Assembly (NCBI RefSeq): GCF_009914755.1 | Contig: NC_060927.1 | Source of the DNA: the human T2T-CHM13v2.0 reference genome, Homo sapiens | Length of the DNA: 64,000 nt | Direction: 5' to 3' (one strand) | Shown: positions 13,746 to 28,918 of the stretch, piece after piece | Layout of the letters: every line of letters begins with the position of its first letter | Numbering within the stretch: the stretch's first letter is position 1 | The notes under the pieces: generated by a model | The model's input: the letters and a program-made list of their open reading frames with translations, nothing else | What the model was told of the DNA's origin: nothing | Database searches by the model: none | Made by a program: the position numbers and the translations under genes

Positions 13746-16714
13746 AACAGAAAAATCAAGAATTTAAGTAATATGTAATATTGTATGGATATGATGAGGG
13801 CCATGTTTTCTTGGTGTTCATTTGTGTCAGGAAATGGAATGATAGGAAAGTAAGCCCTTTGCCACACACTTCTGGGGCAGGTTTAGCAGGTCATCAGATG
13901 ATGGGGGATTTGGGAGAGAAGGGAGAAGTAGTGCAGGTATGGGCTTCCCTTGCCATGCTGATACCATGGGAGTTAAGGCTGGTGACACCTGGAGGCTGAT
14001 AAAGAACAAATTTACTCCCTTGTCTTAAGTCCTGTGTTGCAGGTCCCCAAAACACATGATACAATATTTAGGAAGTGGAGTGAAGTGGCTAGTGGCTATG
14101 ACGGTGACCATGAGAGAAGCCATAGAATCATACAATGAACACCTTCAAAAAGTAACAAGTAGTCTTATAAGTTTTATCAGTGAGAATACCTGTCATATAT
14201 TTTCCTGTTTATTGAGGTGGGCCTATTTTTATAACACCCCTTTCTTACTTACACCCAACTTCTATTGAAGCAGGGGGAGATAGGAATGCAGTAACATCTC
14301 ATATTTCCTAAAAATCTTGAGATTGCTTTGGGGCGCACTTTCTTGTTTGTTTTTTTGTAGCTGATTCACATGTAATATTTATCACATACGTTTACTGCAG
14401 AGAAATTAATACGACATTTAATCATTTTGTACAAGCAGTACTATAAAGTGGTTAAAACATTTTGAAAAGTGACCTGTGGGAAAGAAAAACTACATTTTGT
14501 TAAAGTGGTTTTTTTGACGGGCATGTCTTGTCTTGAAACGGTAATCCACATGCCATTAGAGTCTTGTGGAAAATAGTGAACAAAAGGAAGTAATGGCTTT
14601 TACTGTTGAAGACCACACACTACCAAACACACAAACCCTCACAGTGCTGCTTACCCGAAAGAAATCCCGTGTCATTTTGGGGGAGTGATCTGTTATATTT
14701 GTAATTTGTATAATATTATCTCTTGATGTTACAGATGTTTTTTGTATTTATTGATGCTTTTTCTCCAGAGTTGAAAGATACAGATGGCAGCGATAGGGTT
14801 AAGGATAGAGCGCAGAACTAATGACACATACTTGACTAACATCATCAAGCAGAAGTACAGCTTTGTGTGAGGGTGTTTTCTAGAACTTCTGAACTCTTTA
14901 GATTACTCTGTTAGATAAAGCCAGTGTATCACGAGTTTCTCATTTGTAGTTGCCAAAAGAAAGAAAGAGAAAAGAAACCAATTAAAATTGGGCTTATTGG
15001 CTGTGGGTATGTTTTTAGGTTAGGACTGATGCAGGCACTCAGCTTTGTAACCAGGACTGGGTTTGTACCATGTCTTCAGTGTGCCTTCCATGGTGTCAAT
15101 TTCAACTCATAGGGTGCTTTAGGCTCTCTTTCCTATGGTAGCCAGATGAAAGAAGTGCTTCTAGATCTTATATCTTCATGGCACACCCTCCAGATAATTT
15201 TTTCAGAAGCCTAGAACTTGCTCTTATTAGGTCAAATTGGATCATGTTCCATCCCAACTTGTGGCCAGTGGAATCAGACATGCTGATTGCCTAGAGTCAG
15301 TTATGGCTGGCCCCTTATGTGGGGGATGGGGTCAGCTGCATATGATAGCTGCATGGTTGAGAACAGGACAGAATGACTTTCCCAAAGGAAAAGTTTTGCT
15401 TCTGTTTCTGGACAAAGAAGACGGAGGCTGAAGATGACCAACGAATGAGCACTAGTGATGACAACATTTCGTAAAAGACCATTGCAGGGTTCATCCACCT
15501 CAGTGGGTAGATGTCAGTGTGTGATCTTTTTATATGATTATGATCTTTCTATGATCTGTTTCTTTATTACTCTTATCTCAAATATTCCTTTTATAAAAAC
15601 ACCTTAAAACATTTTGTATAGGTAGTTGAATCACTTATGCATCAAAATGGAATGTAAGGATTTCTGTTAAAGGGAGGTTTTTAGTCGTCATGAGTGACTT
15701 TTGAATATCTTTCTGTGAGATTTCTGCATTCCACATGTTACAGAGTAGCCATTGGCATATTCTATCTGCAGGTATATTTTCTTTTCATTGGTGCCCCAGC
15801 AATGGAAAAACTTTGTGACTTTTCGTATCTTGAAAAATGAGGAAATAATTGACTAGAGCTGAGAGCCCTTTGGCCTCTCTTGGCAGAGACTCTGAGGCAG
15901 AGGCTCTCAGCAGACTGTCATTAGCTTCCCCTGTTTCCTTACAGCTGTGTTTACAGTGCCTTCTGCAGGCACCTGAGTTGTAAGCCTCGGTGGGCACCCT
16001 GAACACTGGCGTGCCTGCACTATAGCTTTATCTACAAAAGGACCTGGCAAGTGTTCCCTGTTGCCCACCTACACTAGTGCTAGTGATTTCTGGGAAGTCG
16101 CTGGGTTAATTTATTATTGCTGGTGCTCTGCCACTTGGTTTTTAGTTGTTACTCTGGACCTGAAAGTTCTAATAGGTAGTAACTATTACTCAGCTGTTGC
16201 TTCACAATATCCTTATCTGCAATCCATGTTGTTTCCTGAAAAATATTACTTTTGCATTGCTATTCTGCTTTAGCACATGCTTACAAAGGCATTTCTTGGT
16301 GCTACTCATCTTCTCTTTTTCACTTTCACTTTTTTACCATGGCCCAGTAGGGGGCATTTAAAACCCTAGTATTTACTCATTTGTCCTGGCCAATGTAAGT
16401 TGTGAAGAATAAACACTGCCTTTGTTTTTTTTTTTTGTTTCGTTTTTGTTTTTTGTTTTTTTTTTGCAGATGTAGTTAGATAAACAATTATAGCAAGCTT
16501 AGTTTACCAAGCACATTTGTGATAGCATAGCAATTTTCGTTTTTTATTTTTTGAGACGGTCTGATTGACCCAGAATTGGGAACTATTAGAACAGTGGAAA
16601 GTAGATACTGAGGGAAAAAAAACCTGTCCAGCTTTTCCCCAATTTAGGGTATTTTTTTCTGAGTTTTGCCTAAAATATTGATGAGGTTATAGGACATATG
16701 AAGTACTTTTGTTT

Positions 16715-16997
<283 letters not shown>

Positions 16998-17190
16998 CTA
17001 TCTGGAGTACTTCTTCTGAAAAGTCACTGGCAGATAGAATTTTTGAATTCTCTATGTAACTGTCTCCATTGTATTAGCATGCATAATTGAGCATATAAAG
17101 AAACTACATATGTCTTGACTGTGAGGAAATCTGGTAATGTTTCCTCATATGTTGATTATTAAGAAAAAATAGACAGTATTAAAACATTTC

Positions 17191-17196
17191 TTTATT
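17191..17196 (-). terminator. P2RY14: P2RY14 polyadenylation signal AATAAA
   Basis: TTTATT on +; on the sense strand followed by a GT/T-rich downstream element (CTGTCTATTTTTTCTT); implies a ~1.2-kb 3' UTR. Confidence 0.7.
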
Positions 17197-18356
17197 AGTA
17201 TATAGACAGTAAAGCATGAAATAGATACAAACATTACTTATAAAAATGTTTTGAAAGAACATTTGAAAAATAGATGAATGTCTTCTAGCCAGTTAATAGC
17301 AGAGAAAGAATTTAGTTTTGGTAGCTCATAAGTCAGTAACCGTATGCCATGTCTCCAGAAGTAAAATCCGTCTGTTTTCCAGAAAAATGTGATGTGTGAA
17401 TTTTCATTTTATGTGTTATTTTGCACTCATTAATGTAAATTTTAGATTTAAAAAAATCAAGTTTATTTGCTTTCTAAGAAAATGGTCTCCTTTCCCATTC
17501 GCCAGTAGATTAATATATGTTCTACGGTGTGGGTGTGTCTTTTTCCCAGTCATCTTATTTTTCCCATACTATTGAACAGGGGAAGTTGCTGATAACGTAT
17601 GCCAATATTTAGTTTCTCTCAGTAAAGCCTACTTAAAAATATTCTAACACCAGAACCCCAGGCTCATTAAATGACGTAAGTCTTTGTAGAAAACATATTT
17701 AGCATGTATCTAATATCCTCAAAGTGCTATCAGAAAAAAAAAATTTTCTTGCTAAGTATACAATTAATATTCCTCTTCCTTTGCAGTGCCATGAAATACA
17801 TCAATAAGGGGTTTCTTAAGTGATTGTCTGGGTGTCAGCTTTTCCTGCTTCTTCAAATCAGGAAAAAAACCTGACTTTTTATTGCAAACAGCTCTCTAGC
17901 CCTTCATCAAACTGTGCCTGCTTTCAAGTTAGTCTTTAAGGACAGTGTTGAAAACAATTACATACTAGATTCTGGTATTTAGAGAAAGAAGATGCCTGAG
18001 TGAGTTGTCTTTGATTATGTTGTGTTTTATTTACTATTTAAATTTCTACATTAACTGACCAGACTAGTGGTTATAAACTTTAACTTATTTTAATATAATA
18101 GAATTGAATAATTGTATGTATTAATTTTTTATTAATAGAGAATAGAAAGGTCAGTATTAGAGAAATTACTGATGGGTATGTTTTCTTTGATGTTACAAAA
18201 AAGCATGGAAACTTATATTTGAATTTTATTGAACTAAATTGGATGGCAGTGCTAGAGATGATATTTATGATGAGGGCACATATCTTATTGATTTCTGTTA
18301 TGTAATTGAAGATGACAACATGCACACGTGGTCTTTCTTTGGAAGAGGGTAGGAAC

Positions 18357-19418
<1,062 letters not shown>

Positions 19419-19539
19419 TCACTCATAGGGCACTTATGGCCTCCAAGACATTTGCTGAGTAATAAGGCAAAGGGCAATGAATATAGTCAAACCTACCAAA
19501 TTTTTGAAGCCACCTTTTTACTCTGTGTAAGTTAGACAC

Positions 19540-19697
19540 TCATCCCTCCCTCCCTCTGTTCTTCCTTTTCTTTCTTTTGGTCTTCCTTTTCTCCTTTCCC
19601 TCCCTCTTTCCCCCTTTACCCACCAACCCCCACTCCTTTCTTCCTTCTCCCCTCTCCCCCTCCCTTTTCCCTCCTCTTCCTTCTTCCTTTTTTTTGG
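19540..19697. repeat. Polypyrimidine/polypurine low-complexity tract
   Basis: Almost entirely C/T on + for ~155 nt. Confidence 0.85.
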
Positions 19698-20293
19698 GCA
19701 ATGAAAAGGGAAGAATGGAGCAGACAGGTGGCAGTAAAGAGAAACTGGAGCAGCAGGGCAGTCTCTGAGAACTTCTAGGTAATACGGAGACCAGCATGCC
19801 CCTAAAATAATAATGGTTCCCTATAAAACTCCAGAGTTCTAGGAAATACTCATTTAGGTATAATCTTAAAAGGTAGTAACTGTAAAAGCAGAATTAATGT
19901 TTTATTTTATTCAGAATCCCATGTGTAATGTATTTTTTTAAAACCTATGTTGGAAATGTGATTGTTTTTTCCTAAAAGAGAAATTTTTATGGATTCATAA
20001 AAATCATTATAAATGTTTACATATTAAGAGCTATTCAGACGGACCTTACTTTTAGAAAAGTGTATTCTACATATATGTTGGACATGAAGACAGTGTCTAA
20101 CAAACATATACATTCAAATGTTAACCGGTATTTTTGGTATGGGATTATGGGTACCTTTTCAATATTGAGCTTTTTTTTTTTCCCATTGAAAAACTGATTT
20201 GCATTATTTTAATAAATTAGAATACAAATACAAACAAATGATAAAAAGTACTTTAAGCATTCTGAGAAATGCTTCCCAAAGTACATTCTACAT

Positions 20294-20605
20294 CTGTACT
20301 ATTCAGTATGGTAGCCACTAGCCATGTGTGGGTATTGAGCACTTGAAATATGGCCAGTCCAGATTGAGATGTTCTGTTAAGTATAAAATGCACACTAGAC
20401 TTTGCAGACTTGGAATGAAAAAATGTAAAATATCTCAGTATTTTTAATACTGATCACATGTTGAAGTAATATTCTACAAATGCTCTATTAAATAAAATAT
20501 ATTATTACTCTTAAATTTAACTTAATTTTACTTTTTAAGACTCTGGCTACTAGGAAATTTTAAATTACATATGTGTTTCACATTATGGTTTTATTGCACA
20601 GTGCT
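20294..20605. mobile_element. MER33-like hAT-Charlie MITE
   Basis: TATGGTAGCCACTAGCCATGTGTGG..TATTGAGCACTTGAAAT...GGCTACTAGGAAATTTTAAATTACATATGTG...ACAGTGCTG. Confidence 0.75.
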
Positions 20606-23600
20606 GTGCTAGGTGTTATCCAGAACTTCTATTGTTTAGGAATCCTGTATATTCTTCACTGATGTCGGAAGTGTTGATTTAGGGCAGAGGGAAGACTAGA
20701 ATTAAATTCAAAAGGTTATTTGATATATCGGAACAGATGTTTACTGCCCATCTTATATGTGAACAGTACCAATTATCCTGCTTAAAACCCTTTAGTAGTC
20801 TGTCCTTGCCCTCAGGAGAATGCCCTAAGTCTGTAATGTTGAAGTCCTTTCTTGTTCTGCCTCCTGCTTCCTCCACCCCCAGCACTGAGTTCCTGCTGTC
20901 CTGGGCCCATCTGCCTCCTTTTAGGTTCTGTGATTTCTCTCAGCCTGGACCTTTGCACAGACTTTCATTTGTGTGGAAAACTGTTTCCATACCTTCTTGG
21001 CTGGCTAACTTCTCTTTATCCTCAAGGCCTCAGCTTGGCTGTCACTTTCCTTAGGAAACCTCAACTTTCCTAGCCTGGTTTGGGGTGGGTTGAGTGTGTG
21101 CTTATCATCCTGTGTCTTTCTCCTATCAACACTCCTCTCTCCAGCTGTTTGTCTCTTCCACTACTACAAGCTCCTTCAGAGGAGAAAGATCATGTCATTT
21201 TTTTACTCTTGAATTCTTTGCATAATATTTAGGGCATTAGATAGTTAAAATATTTGTGAAATAAATGAATATGCACTCTGGGAATACAAGGCATGAATCC
21301 TTGCTCTTAAGATTTATTCAGGGATCAAGGGAAAGAAAGATTGTGGGAACAGTGGGTACCTTGATGTCAGAGAATGCATCTTTTTCATCTGTATTTGTGG
21401 TGCCAGCACAGTGCATATCACAGTGAATGACAAGTTAGGTTGATACATTTAAGCATGACAAAGGGATATTTTGAAATATGGAATATGAAATACAGTCACA
21501 TTCCACATAAAAAATAGTACATCCATGTAAACTTGTGTGCTGCTTCCTACACAAGAATATCTTGTTTCTGCGTATTTTCCTTTCCCGTATGCTTTCCTTT
21601 TGCTTTATGGCAAAACTAGAAATATTGATAGACTTGATTTTGCCAGTCTATGGACTTCCTATAGAAGGAATGAGTACCCCAAATCACTTCCTCCACAAAA
21701 CCTTTCACTAGCACTATTCTTCCTCTTCCCTGTAGCCTTGTGTGCTTGGCTCTGGGCATGATGGGTTTGTACTCATTTGCTTCTTTGTAGGTCTTCTATC
21801 GCCTTTCTCCTTATGAGCCTGTTTCATATTTTAAAAGATAAGGGAGGGGGAGCACATTTTCCATTTTTAGCTGTCTACTGTGACTAAGAGTCTGTGGCTG
21901 GTAACTAATTTGTCTGGTAACTGTCTCTTGACAGTTAGATGCATTTTGGTTTAAATGCCAGTCTTGCAGAGCTTGAGAGAATGCATGCTGCTGTATTCCC
22001 AGGTCTAATTTGGTTTCCCAGTCCTAAGCCACACAACCCCCCAGCGCCTGGCCATTGTGGTGTCATACTCATGGTAGGTACTGAGTACTTGTGGGATTCA
22101 CTTGAGTTTAAAATATAAAAAACTGTAGCTGTTATTTTGGAAAACAGAAATAATAACTGTGTAATATGTAGTTATATGGTGAAATATTGAATAATTTCCC
22201 AGAAATAATTTAATGAGAGCCAAATTCCTTTCCTTTTAGAAATATTGTAGAAGCCACTATTTATAGAAATAGTGAATCCCAGAAATGATTTAATGAGAGA
22301 CATAATTCCTTTTCTTATAGAAACCCTTATAAAATTATTTTCTCAGAGTCTTGTGTCTTTTGTATTTTTGAGCTGCAGTATTTCTGCATGTGACCTAATG
22401 CTGCAGGTCCAGAACTCTGCTCTCAGATTCCTCAGGTTGCTGGGAATCTGCATGTGTATGCCCTGGTGATATACACCATTCCCCTTCACTGCTCCCACCA
22501 CTTTGAGTTGGATGGAAGGGACTGACTGACCAAGGTAAACTTCTAGAGCAGCTTTGCCTCCTGAAATGGAGTGAATGCACACAGCTTACCTGCGCCCTTT
22601 CCCCAAACACTGCTATTTTGGCAGTTTTGATGCAATTGCAGATGAGCCTCCAGTTTAGGGTGGGAGGTTTTAGACATGCTGGTTGGGTGCCTCTGCTACC
22701 CTGTGCCACTGTCTGGTTTGATACAGCAGAGGCTCATGCCAGGACAGATTTCTTCATCTTAAAGGAACACTCTAAAGGAACAAGCTAAAGAGAAATTCCA
22801 AGATACTCTTGGTAGTAATTTTTGAACTCTTAAATATTGATTTTTTTTTAAAAGCAGTGGGGTTAATGGTGAGAACATACTGTCTTACGGGTTCAAGTGT
22901 CTTAGAGCATGGCAGCCTTTTCTGTAGGGCAGATCAGAGCAGTAATAGACTGAGAGATGTGTGGAAAAGAAGCTCTCTTAAGGCAAGTAAGACCAAATTA
23001 TATATTGAGACCAAAAGGCAGGAATATGTGTTGGATGAAAATCAGGACAAAATCATTAAAAAAGACATGCATCATTTGGACCTCGTGATATCTACTCAGT
23101 CTCCTCTCCTTATCTTTAGTACAGATTGAGATGATTTAATGTCCTCATACAGGGACCTACAGAAACTTCAAATCTTTCACAAATGAAGGAAATCGTTTTA
23201 TTCTCATGCTGATTTTATACAAAAATGTAAAAATAAATAAGAACCAAAAGAATCAGAAAAGAAGCTTTTAGTGTGCTCAGCAACCCTCCCTTCCCTGCCC
23301 ACTTCTCAGTTGATTCACTGTTTCTTACCAGCTCATGCCAGTCCATTAAAGAGGAGAGATAGGCAACAGAAAAAAATTAAAAGATGAACAGGACTTCTGG
23401 ATGATGATTAACTGGATTACTGGATAAGCAGGCAGTCTGGTGAGCCAGTTTGTGTAGGTGTCTGTTTGTGGAGCCCTGCTCATTGATAGTTACTTCTGGT
23501 ATTATCACTGAATTTCTGCTGTGAAAGTTGTCATTATGTTAACCTTGAGGCTTTAGGAATATAAACAATGCTTCCTAAATTCTAGAGATCACATTTAAGA

Positions 23601-23643
23601 AAGATTCATATATATAGCTAAACTTTTTAAAAAGGAATACTGT

Positions 23644-24105
<462 letters not shown>

Positions 24106-24591
24106 TTAAAGAACATGGCAGAATGAGATTTATGAGGCCCAAAGACAGTTATTAAAGTGTAGTGGGAGCATTGTGTAGAAAGAATGTCAATGCCAAAGAT
24201 TCAATCTGATTTAGATAGTGAGTGCACTTGTCCCTTAGTGCAGTGTAATATCTTAGGATTGTGCTGCATGAAGTGTTTTCAAGTTGTCATGTATTACAGA
24301 TAACCTCAGGGTTCTCTCTTTGGACAGAATTTAATTGATACAAGGCTGTGCAAAGCATTGCTCACTCCAGAAATACGTTCATCTTAATAAAAGCAGGCTT
24401 AGTCAGCTCTGAGTTCATTACTCATCTGTGTAATTATATACCATGACCTATTTTCCTCTTGTATTAGAACACCTTCCACCTTCCTAATTGTGAGCTGTAA
24501 TTCCTTCTGTGAAGAAAAGAATTTTTTCTTCATAGCACTTCGATGAAATTAACAAAGCTCTTGATAATACTTGAGGGATTTAAAAAATTAC

Positions 24592-24699
24592 CTTTTAAGA
24601 TTTTTTTTGCATAATATGAGGTCTCTTTTCAGTGAAGGTGTTTTGCCCAGTGAGCGTTTGTCGTCTTGAAGTGGCCCAAGTGTTTTTTCATTAAAGATC
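24592..24699 (-). other. P2RY14: Non-coding exon 2 of P2RY14 (108 nt)
   Basis: Acceptor TTTTTGTTTTGTGTAATGCAG| and donor AAG|GTAATT; size agrees with my recollection of the P2RY14 5' UTR (c.-132 to c.-25). Confidence 0.8.
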
Positions 24700-25084
24700 C
24701 TGCATTACACAAAACAAAAAACCAAAGATTTAAGTGAGCACCTGACTTTTTATTGGGAAAATATGTCTGTACTTACTTCTTAAATTCAGCTTGTGTAATT
24801 GTGAAATATTTCAACATGTGCATTTGTTGTTTCACTATACTTGCTATTTGTTGTCATTATTGATTATTGATTTGGTTGCAGCCTCTTGTGGGAAACTTAA
24901 ACTCTGAGAGCTTGGGCATGAAGTGGTTTTGGTTATTGGTTTATATTACCCCCCCCCCCCCCCTTGGATATGGATGATCGAATCAATTTATCAAATGACT
25001 GAATATAACAATTCATCTTAGCCATGAAATCATAAGTCTAATTGCAGGTGGATTTTTTTAATTGTTTTGTTTTTTAAAAACCTT

Positions 25085-25283
25085 TGTCTTATTGACCTTT
25101 TGGGCCAGATAATTATTTATTTTTGGGAGCTGTCCTATGCATTGTAAGATGTTTAGCAGCAGTTCTGACTTCTGCCTACTAGATGCCAGTAACCCACTAC
25201 CCAAGTTGCGGTAATCAAAAATGTTTCTAGACTTTGCCAAATGTCCTCTGAGGGACAAAATTGCCCTCATTTGATTACCACCA
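25085..25283. mobile_element. MER20 hAT-Charlie MITE
   Basis: CTGTCCTATGCATTGTAAGATGTTTAGCAGC...CTACTAGATGCCAGTA...AAAATGTTTCTAGACTTTGCCAAATGTCC. Confidence 0.8.
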
Positions 25284-25427
25284 GTGTAATGAGACTAATG
25301 TGTGGACTTTGCAGAGATAACACCTGAAAGCCATGTGGTCTGATAGGAAGAGGATAGGTTTAGCAAAATGGTGGTTGGATTTGGTTCTGCCTTAGTCTAG
25401 GTTTTCATATTTCTGAATTCTTTAAAC

Positions 25428-25522
25428 CAGTGAGTGCTCCCTAAACTTTAATGTGCATACACATTACCTGGGATCTTGCTAAAATGAGGACTGAGATTCC
25501 ATTATGTCTGGAGTTTGGCACG
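25428..25522. mobile_element. MER5A-like fragment interrupted by THE1 (resumes ~27782-27823)
   Basis: AAACTTTAATGTGCAT..ATTACCTGGGATCTTGCTAAAATG before the provirus, and ATGCTGCTGGTCC..ACCACTCTTTGAGT after it. Confidence 0.6.
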
Positions 25523-27781
25523 TGATATGGTTTGGCTCTGTGTCCCCACCAAAATCTCATCTTGTAGCTCCCGTAATACCCACATGTTGTGGAAGGGAGC
25601 CAGTGGGAGATGATTGAATTATGGGGGTGGGTCTTTCTGTGCTGTTCTTGTGATAGTGAATGGGTCTCATGAGATCTGATGGTTTTAAAAACGAGAGTTG
25701 CCCTGCACAAGCTCTCTTCTCTTGTCTGCTGCCATGTGAGACATGCCTGTCACCTTCTGCCATGATTGTGAGGCCTCCCACCATGTGGAACTGTAAGTCC
25801 AGTAAACCTCTTTCTTTTGTAAACTGTCCTGTTTCTGGTACATTTTTATCAGCAGTGTGAAAACGGACTAATACAGTAAATTGGTGCCAGTAGAGTGGCA
25901 CATTGCTGAAAAGGTATCTGAAAATGTGGAAGCAACTTTGGAACTGGGCAACAGGCAGAGATTGGAACAGTTTGGAGGGCTCAGAAGAAGACAGGAAAAT
26001 GTAGGTAAGTTTGGAACTTCCTAGAGACTTGTTGAATGCCTTTGCCCAAAATGCTGATAGTGATATGGACGATAAAGTCCAGGGTGAGGTGGTCTCAGAT
26101 GGAAATGAGGAACTTGTTGGGAAATGGAGCAAAAGTGATTCTTGTTATGTTTTAGCAAAGAGACTGGAGGCATTTTGCCCCTACCCTAGAGATTCGTGGA
26201 ACTTTGAACTTGAGGGAGATGATTTAGGGTATCTAGCTGAAGAAATTTCTAAGCAGCAAAGCATTAAAGAGGTGACTTGGGTGCTGTTAAAAGCATTCAG
26301 TTTTATAAGGGAAGCAGAGCTTAAAAGTTCAGAAAATTTGCAGCCTGACAATGCAATAGAAAAGAAAATCCCATCTTCTGACGAGAAGTTCAAGCCGGCT
26401 GCAGAAGTTTGCATAAGCAACAAAGAGCTGAATGTTAATCACCAAGAAAATGGGGAAAATGTATCCAGGGCATGTCAAAGGTCTTTACTGCAAGCCCATC
26501 ACATCGCAGGCCTGGAGGCCTAGAAGGAAAAAGTGGTTTCGTGGGCCCAGCCCAGGGTCTCTGTGCTGTGTGCAGCCTGGGGAATTGGTGCCCTGCATCC
26601 CAGCCACTCTAGTGTGGCTGAAAGGGGCCCTTGTAGAGCTCAGGTCATGGCTTCAGAGGGTGCAAGCCTCAAGCCTTGGCAGCTTCCACCTGGTGTGGAG
26701 CCTGCGAGTGCACAGAAGTCAAGAATTGGGGTTTGGGAACCTCCGCCTAGATTTCAGAATATGTGTGGAAATGCCTGGATGTCCAGGCAGAAGTTTGCTG
26801 CAGGGGCAGGGCTCTCATGGAGAACCTCTGCTAGGGCAGTATAGAAGGGAAATGTGGGATTGGAGCCCCCACACAGAGTGCCTACTGGGGCACCATCTAA
26901 TGGAGCTGTGAGAGGAGGGCCAACATCCTCCACACTCCAGAATAGTAGATCCCCTGACAGCTTGCACCGCTGGTCTGGAAAAGTTGCAGATACTCAATGC
27001 CAGGAGGGAGGCTGTACCCTGCAAAGCCACAGGGGTGGAGCTGCCCAAGACCATGGGAACCCACCTCTTGCATTGCGTGACCTGGGTGTGAGACATGGAG
27101 TCAAAGGAGATCGTTTGGGAAGTTTACGATTTGACTGTCCTGCTGGATTTTGGACTTGGATGGGGCCTGTAGCCCCTTTGTTTCAGCCAGTTCCTCCCAT
27201 TTGGAATGACTGCATTTACCCAATGCCTGTACTGCATTGTATCTAGGAAGTAACTAACTTGCTTTAGATTTTACAGGCTCATAGGCGGAAGGGACTTGCC
27301 TTGTCTGGGATGAGACTCTGGACTGTGGACTTCTGAGTTAATGCTGAAATGAATTGAGACTTTGGGGGACTGTTGGAAGACATGATTGGTTTTGAAATGT
27401 GAAGATATGAGATTTGGGAGCGGTCAGAGGTGGAATGATATGGTTTGGCTCTGTGTCCCCACCCAAATCTCATCTTGTGGCTCCCTTAATTTCCATGTGT
27501 TGTGGGAGGGACCTGGTGGTAGATGATTGAATTATGGGAGTAGATCTTTCTGTGCTGTTCTTGTGATAGTGGATGGGTCTCATGAGATCTGATGGTTTTA
27601 AAAATGGGAGTTGCCCTGCACAAGCTCTCTTCTCTTGTCTGCCACCATGTGAGATGTGCTCCACCATGATTGTGAAGCCTCCTCAGCCATGTGAAACTAT
27701 AAGTCCAGTAAACCTCTTTCTTTTGTAAATTGCCCATTCTCAAATATGTCTTTATCAGCAGTGTGAAAATGGACTAATAAA
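25523..27781 (+). mobile_element. Full-length THE1 (ERVL-MaLR) element: 5' LTR 25523-25875, internal 25876-27435, 3' LTR 27436-27781
   Basis: Both LTRs start TGATATGGTTTGGCTCTGTGTCCCCACC and end CTAATA(C/A)A; 5-bp TSD GCACG/GCATG; broken MaLR internal ORF (26011-26523 etc.). Confidence 0.95.
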
Positions 27782-28224
27782 GCATGATATGCTGCTGGTC
27801 CATGTACCACTCTTTGAGTTAGCATCATTTTTTTCCCCCAGATCCTGTGCCCAGGAGACATTTAATAAAGGTGATGATGGTAAAATATTTTTGTTGTAGT
27901 CGGGACTTTAGACAAGAAAAATTATATTCCAAGTAGGCCTGAAATCTAGGATCTTTGCCCAAGTTTATTCATTACATTTCATCATAATCTTCCCATCTTT
28001 ATGGTCTCTTGGAAATGTAAATTGGTATTTTATACCTATTTGAGAGGTGGCGATTGTGATCATCTTATATTTACTTAGAATGTTCCTAAAAAGTCATGAG
28101 ATTCTCTTTGGAAAGAAAGAGGTTAAGTTCTGCATGGAGTAATAATCTCAGTGGCCTAGGGCAGTATGGAACATGTGCTGGTTGTAAATCATATATTCTA
28201 ACTTTACAACATTGAGGCTTTTAT

Positions 28225-28918
28225 TAAAAAGTCCAAAAAAAAAAAAAAAAACTAGATGTCAGTGAGATTGCAGAAAAAAGAGAACACTTATGTACTCTTG
28301 GTGGGATTGTAAATTAGTTCAGTCCCTATTGAAAGCAGTGTAGAGATTTCTCAAAGAACTAAACATAAAATTACCATTTCACCCAGCAATCCCATTACTA
28401 GGTATATACTCAAAGAAAAACAAATTGTTTTACCAAAAAGACACCTTCATTCACATGTTTATTGTAGTACTATTCACAATAGCAAAGGCATAGAATCAGC
28501 CTAGGTGCCTATCAATGATGGATTGGATGAAGAAAATATGGTACATATACACTGTGGAATACTATGCAGCCATACAAAAGAAATCATGTCCTTTGCAGCA
28601 ACATGGTTGTAGCTAGAGGCCATTATCCTAAGTGAATTAACACAGAAACAGAAAACCAAATACCACATATTTTCACTTATAAGTGGGAACTAAACATTGT
28701 ATACACATGGACACAAAGATGGGAACAGTAGACACTGGAGACTCCAAAGACGGGGAGGTAGGAAGGGGGGAAATGGTGGAAAAACTTACTCTTGGGTTTT
28801 GTGTTCACTATTTGGGTGATGGGTTCACTAGAAGCCCAAAAGCTCAGTGTCACACAATATACCCAAGTAACAAACTTGCACATGTAACTGTTGAACCTAA
28901 AAGAAAAAAAGAAAAGAA
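28225..28918 (+). mobile_element. L1 3' end (L1PB/L1MA-age), 5'-truncated
   Basis: ORF2 C-terminal and 3' UTR motifs: ACCCAGCAATCCCATTACT, GGAATACTATGCAGCCATA, CTTGCACATGTA. Confidence 0.85.

Noticed and set aside
14030-14170. Possible cryptic + strand exon (TTGCAG|GTCC...AAA|GTAACA) with a 70-aa ORF
   Set aside because: Weak donor, no resemblance to MED12L or any protein I recognise.
26011-27246. Cluster of 100-170 aa ORFs as a novel gene
   Set aside because: They are fragments of the decayed THE1/MaLR internal ORF between the two LTRs.
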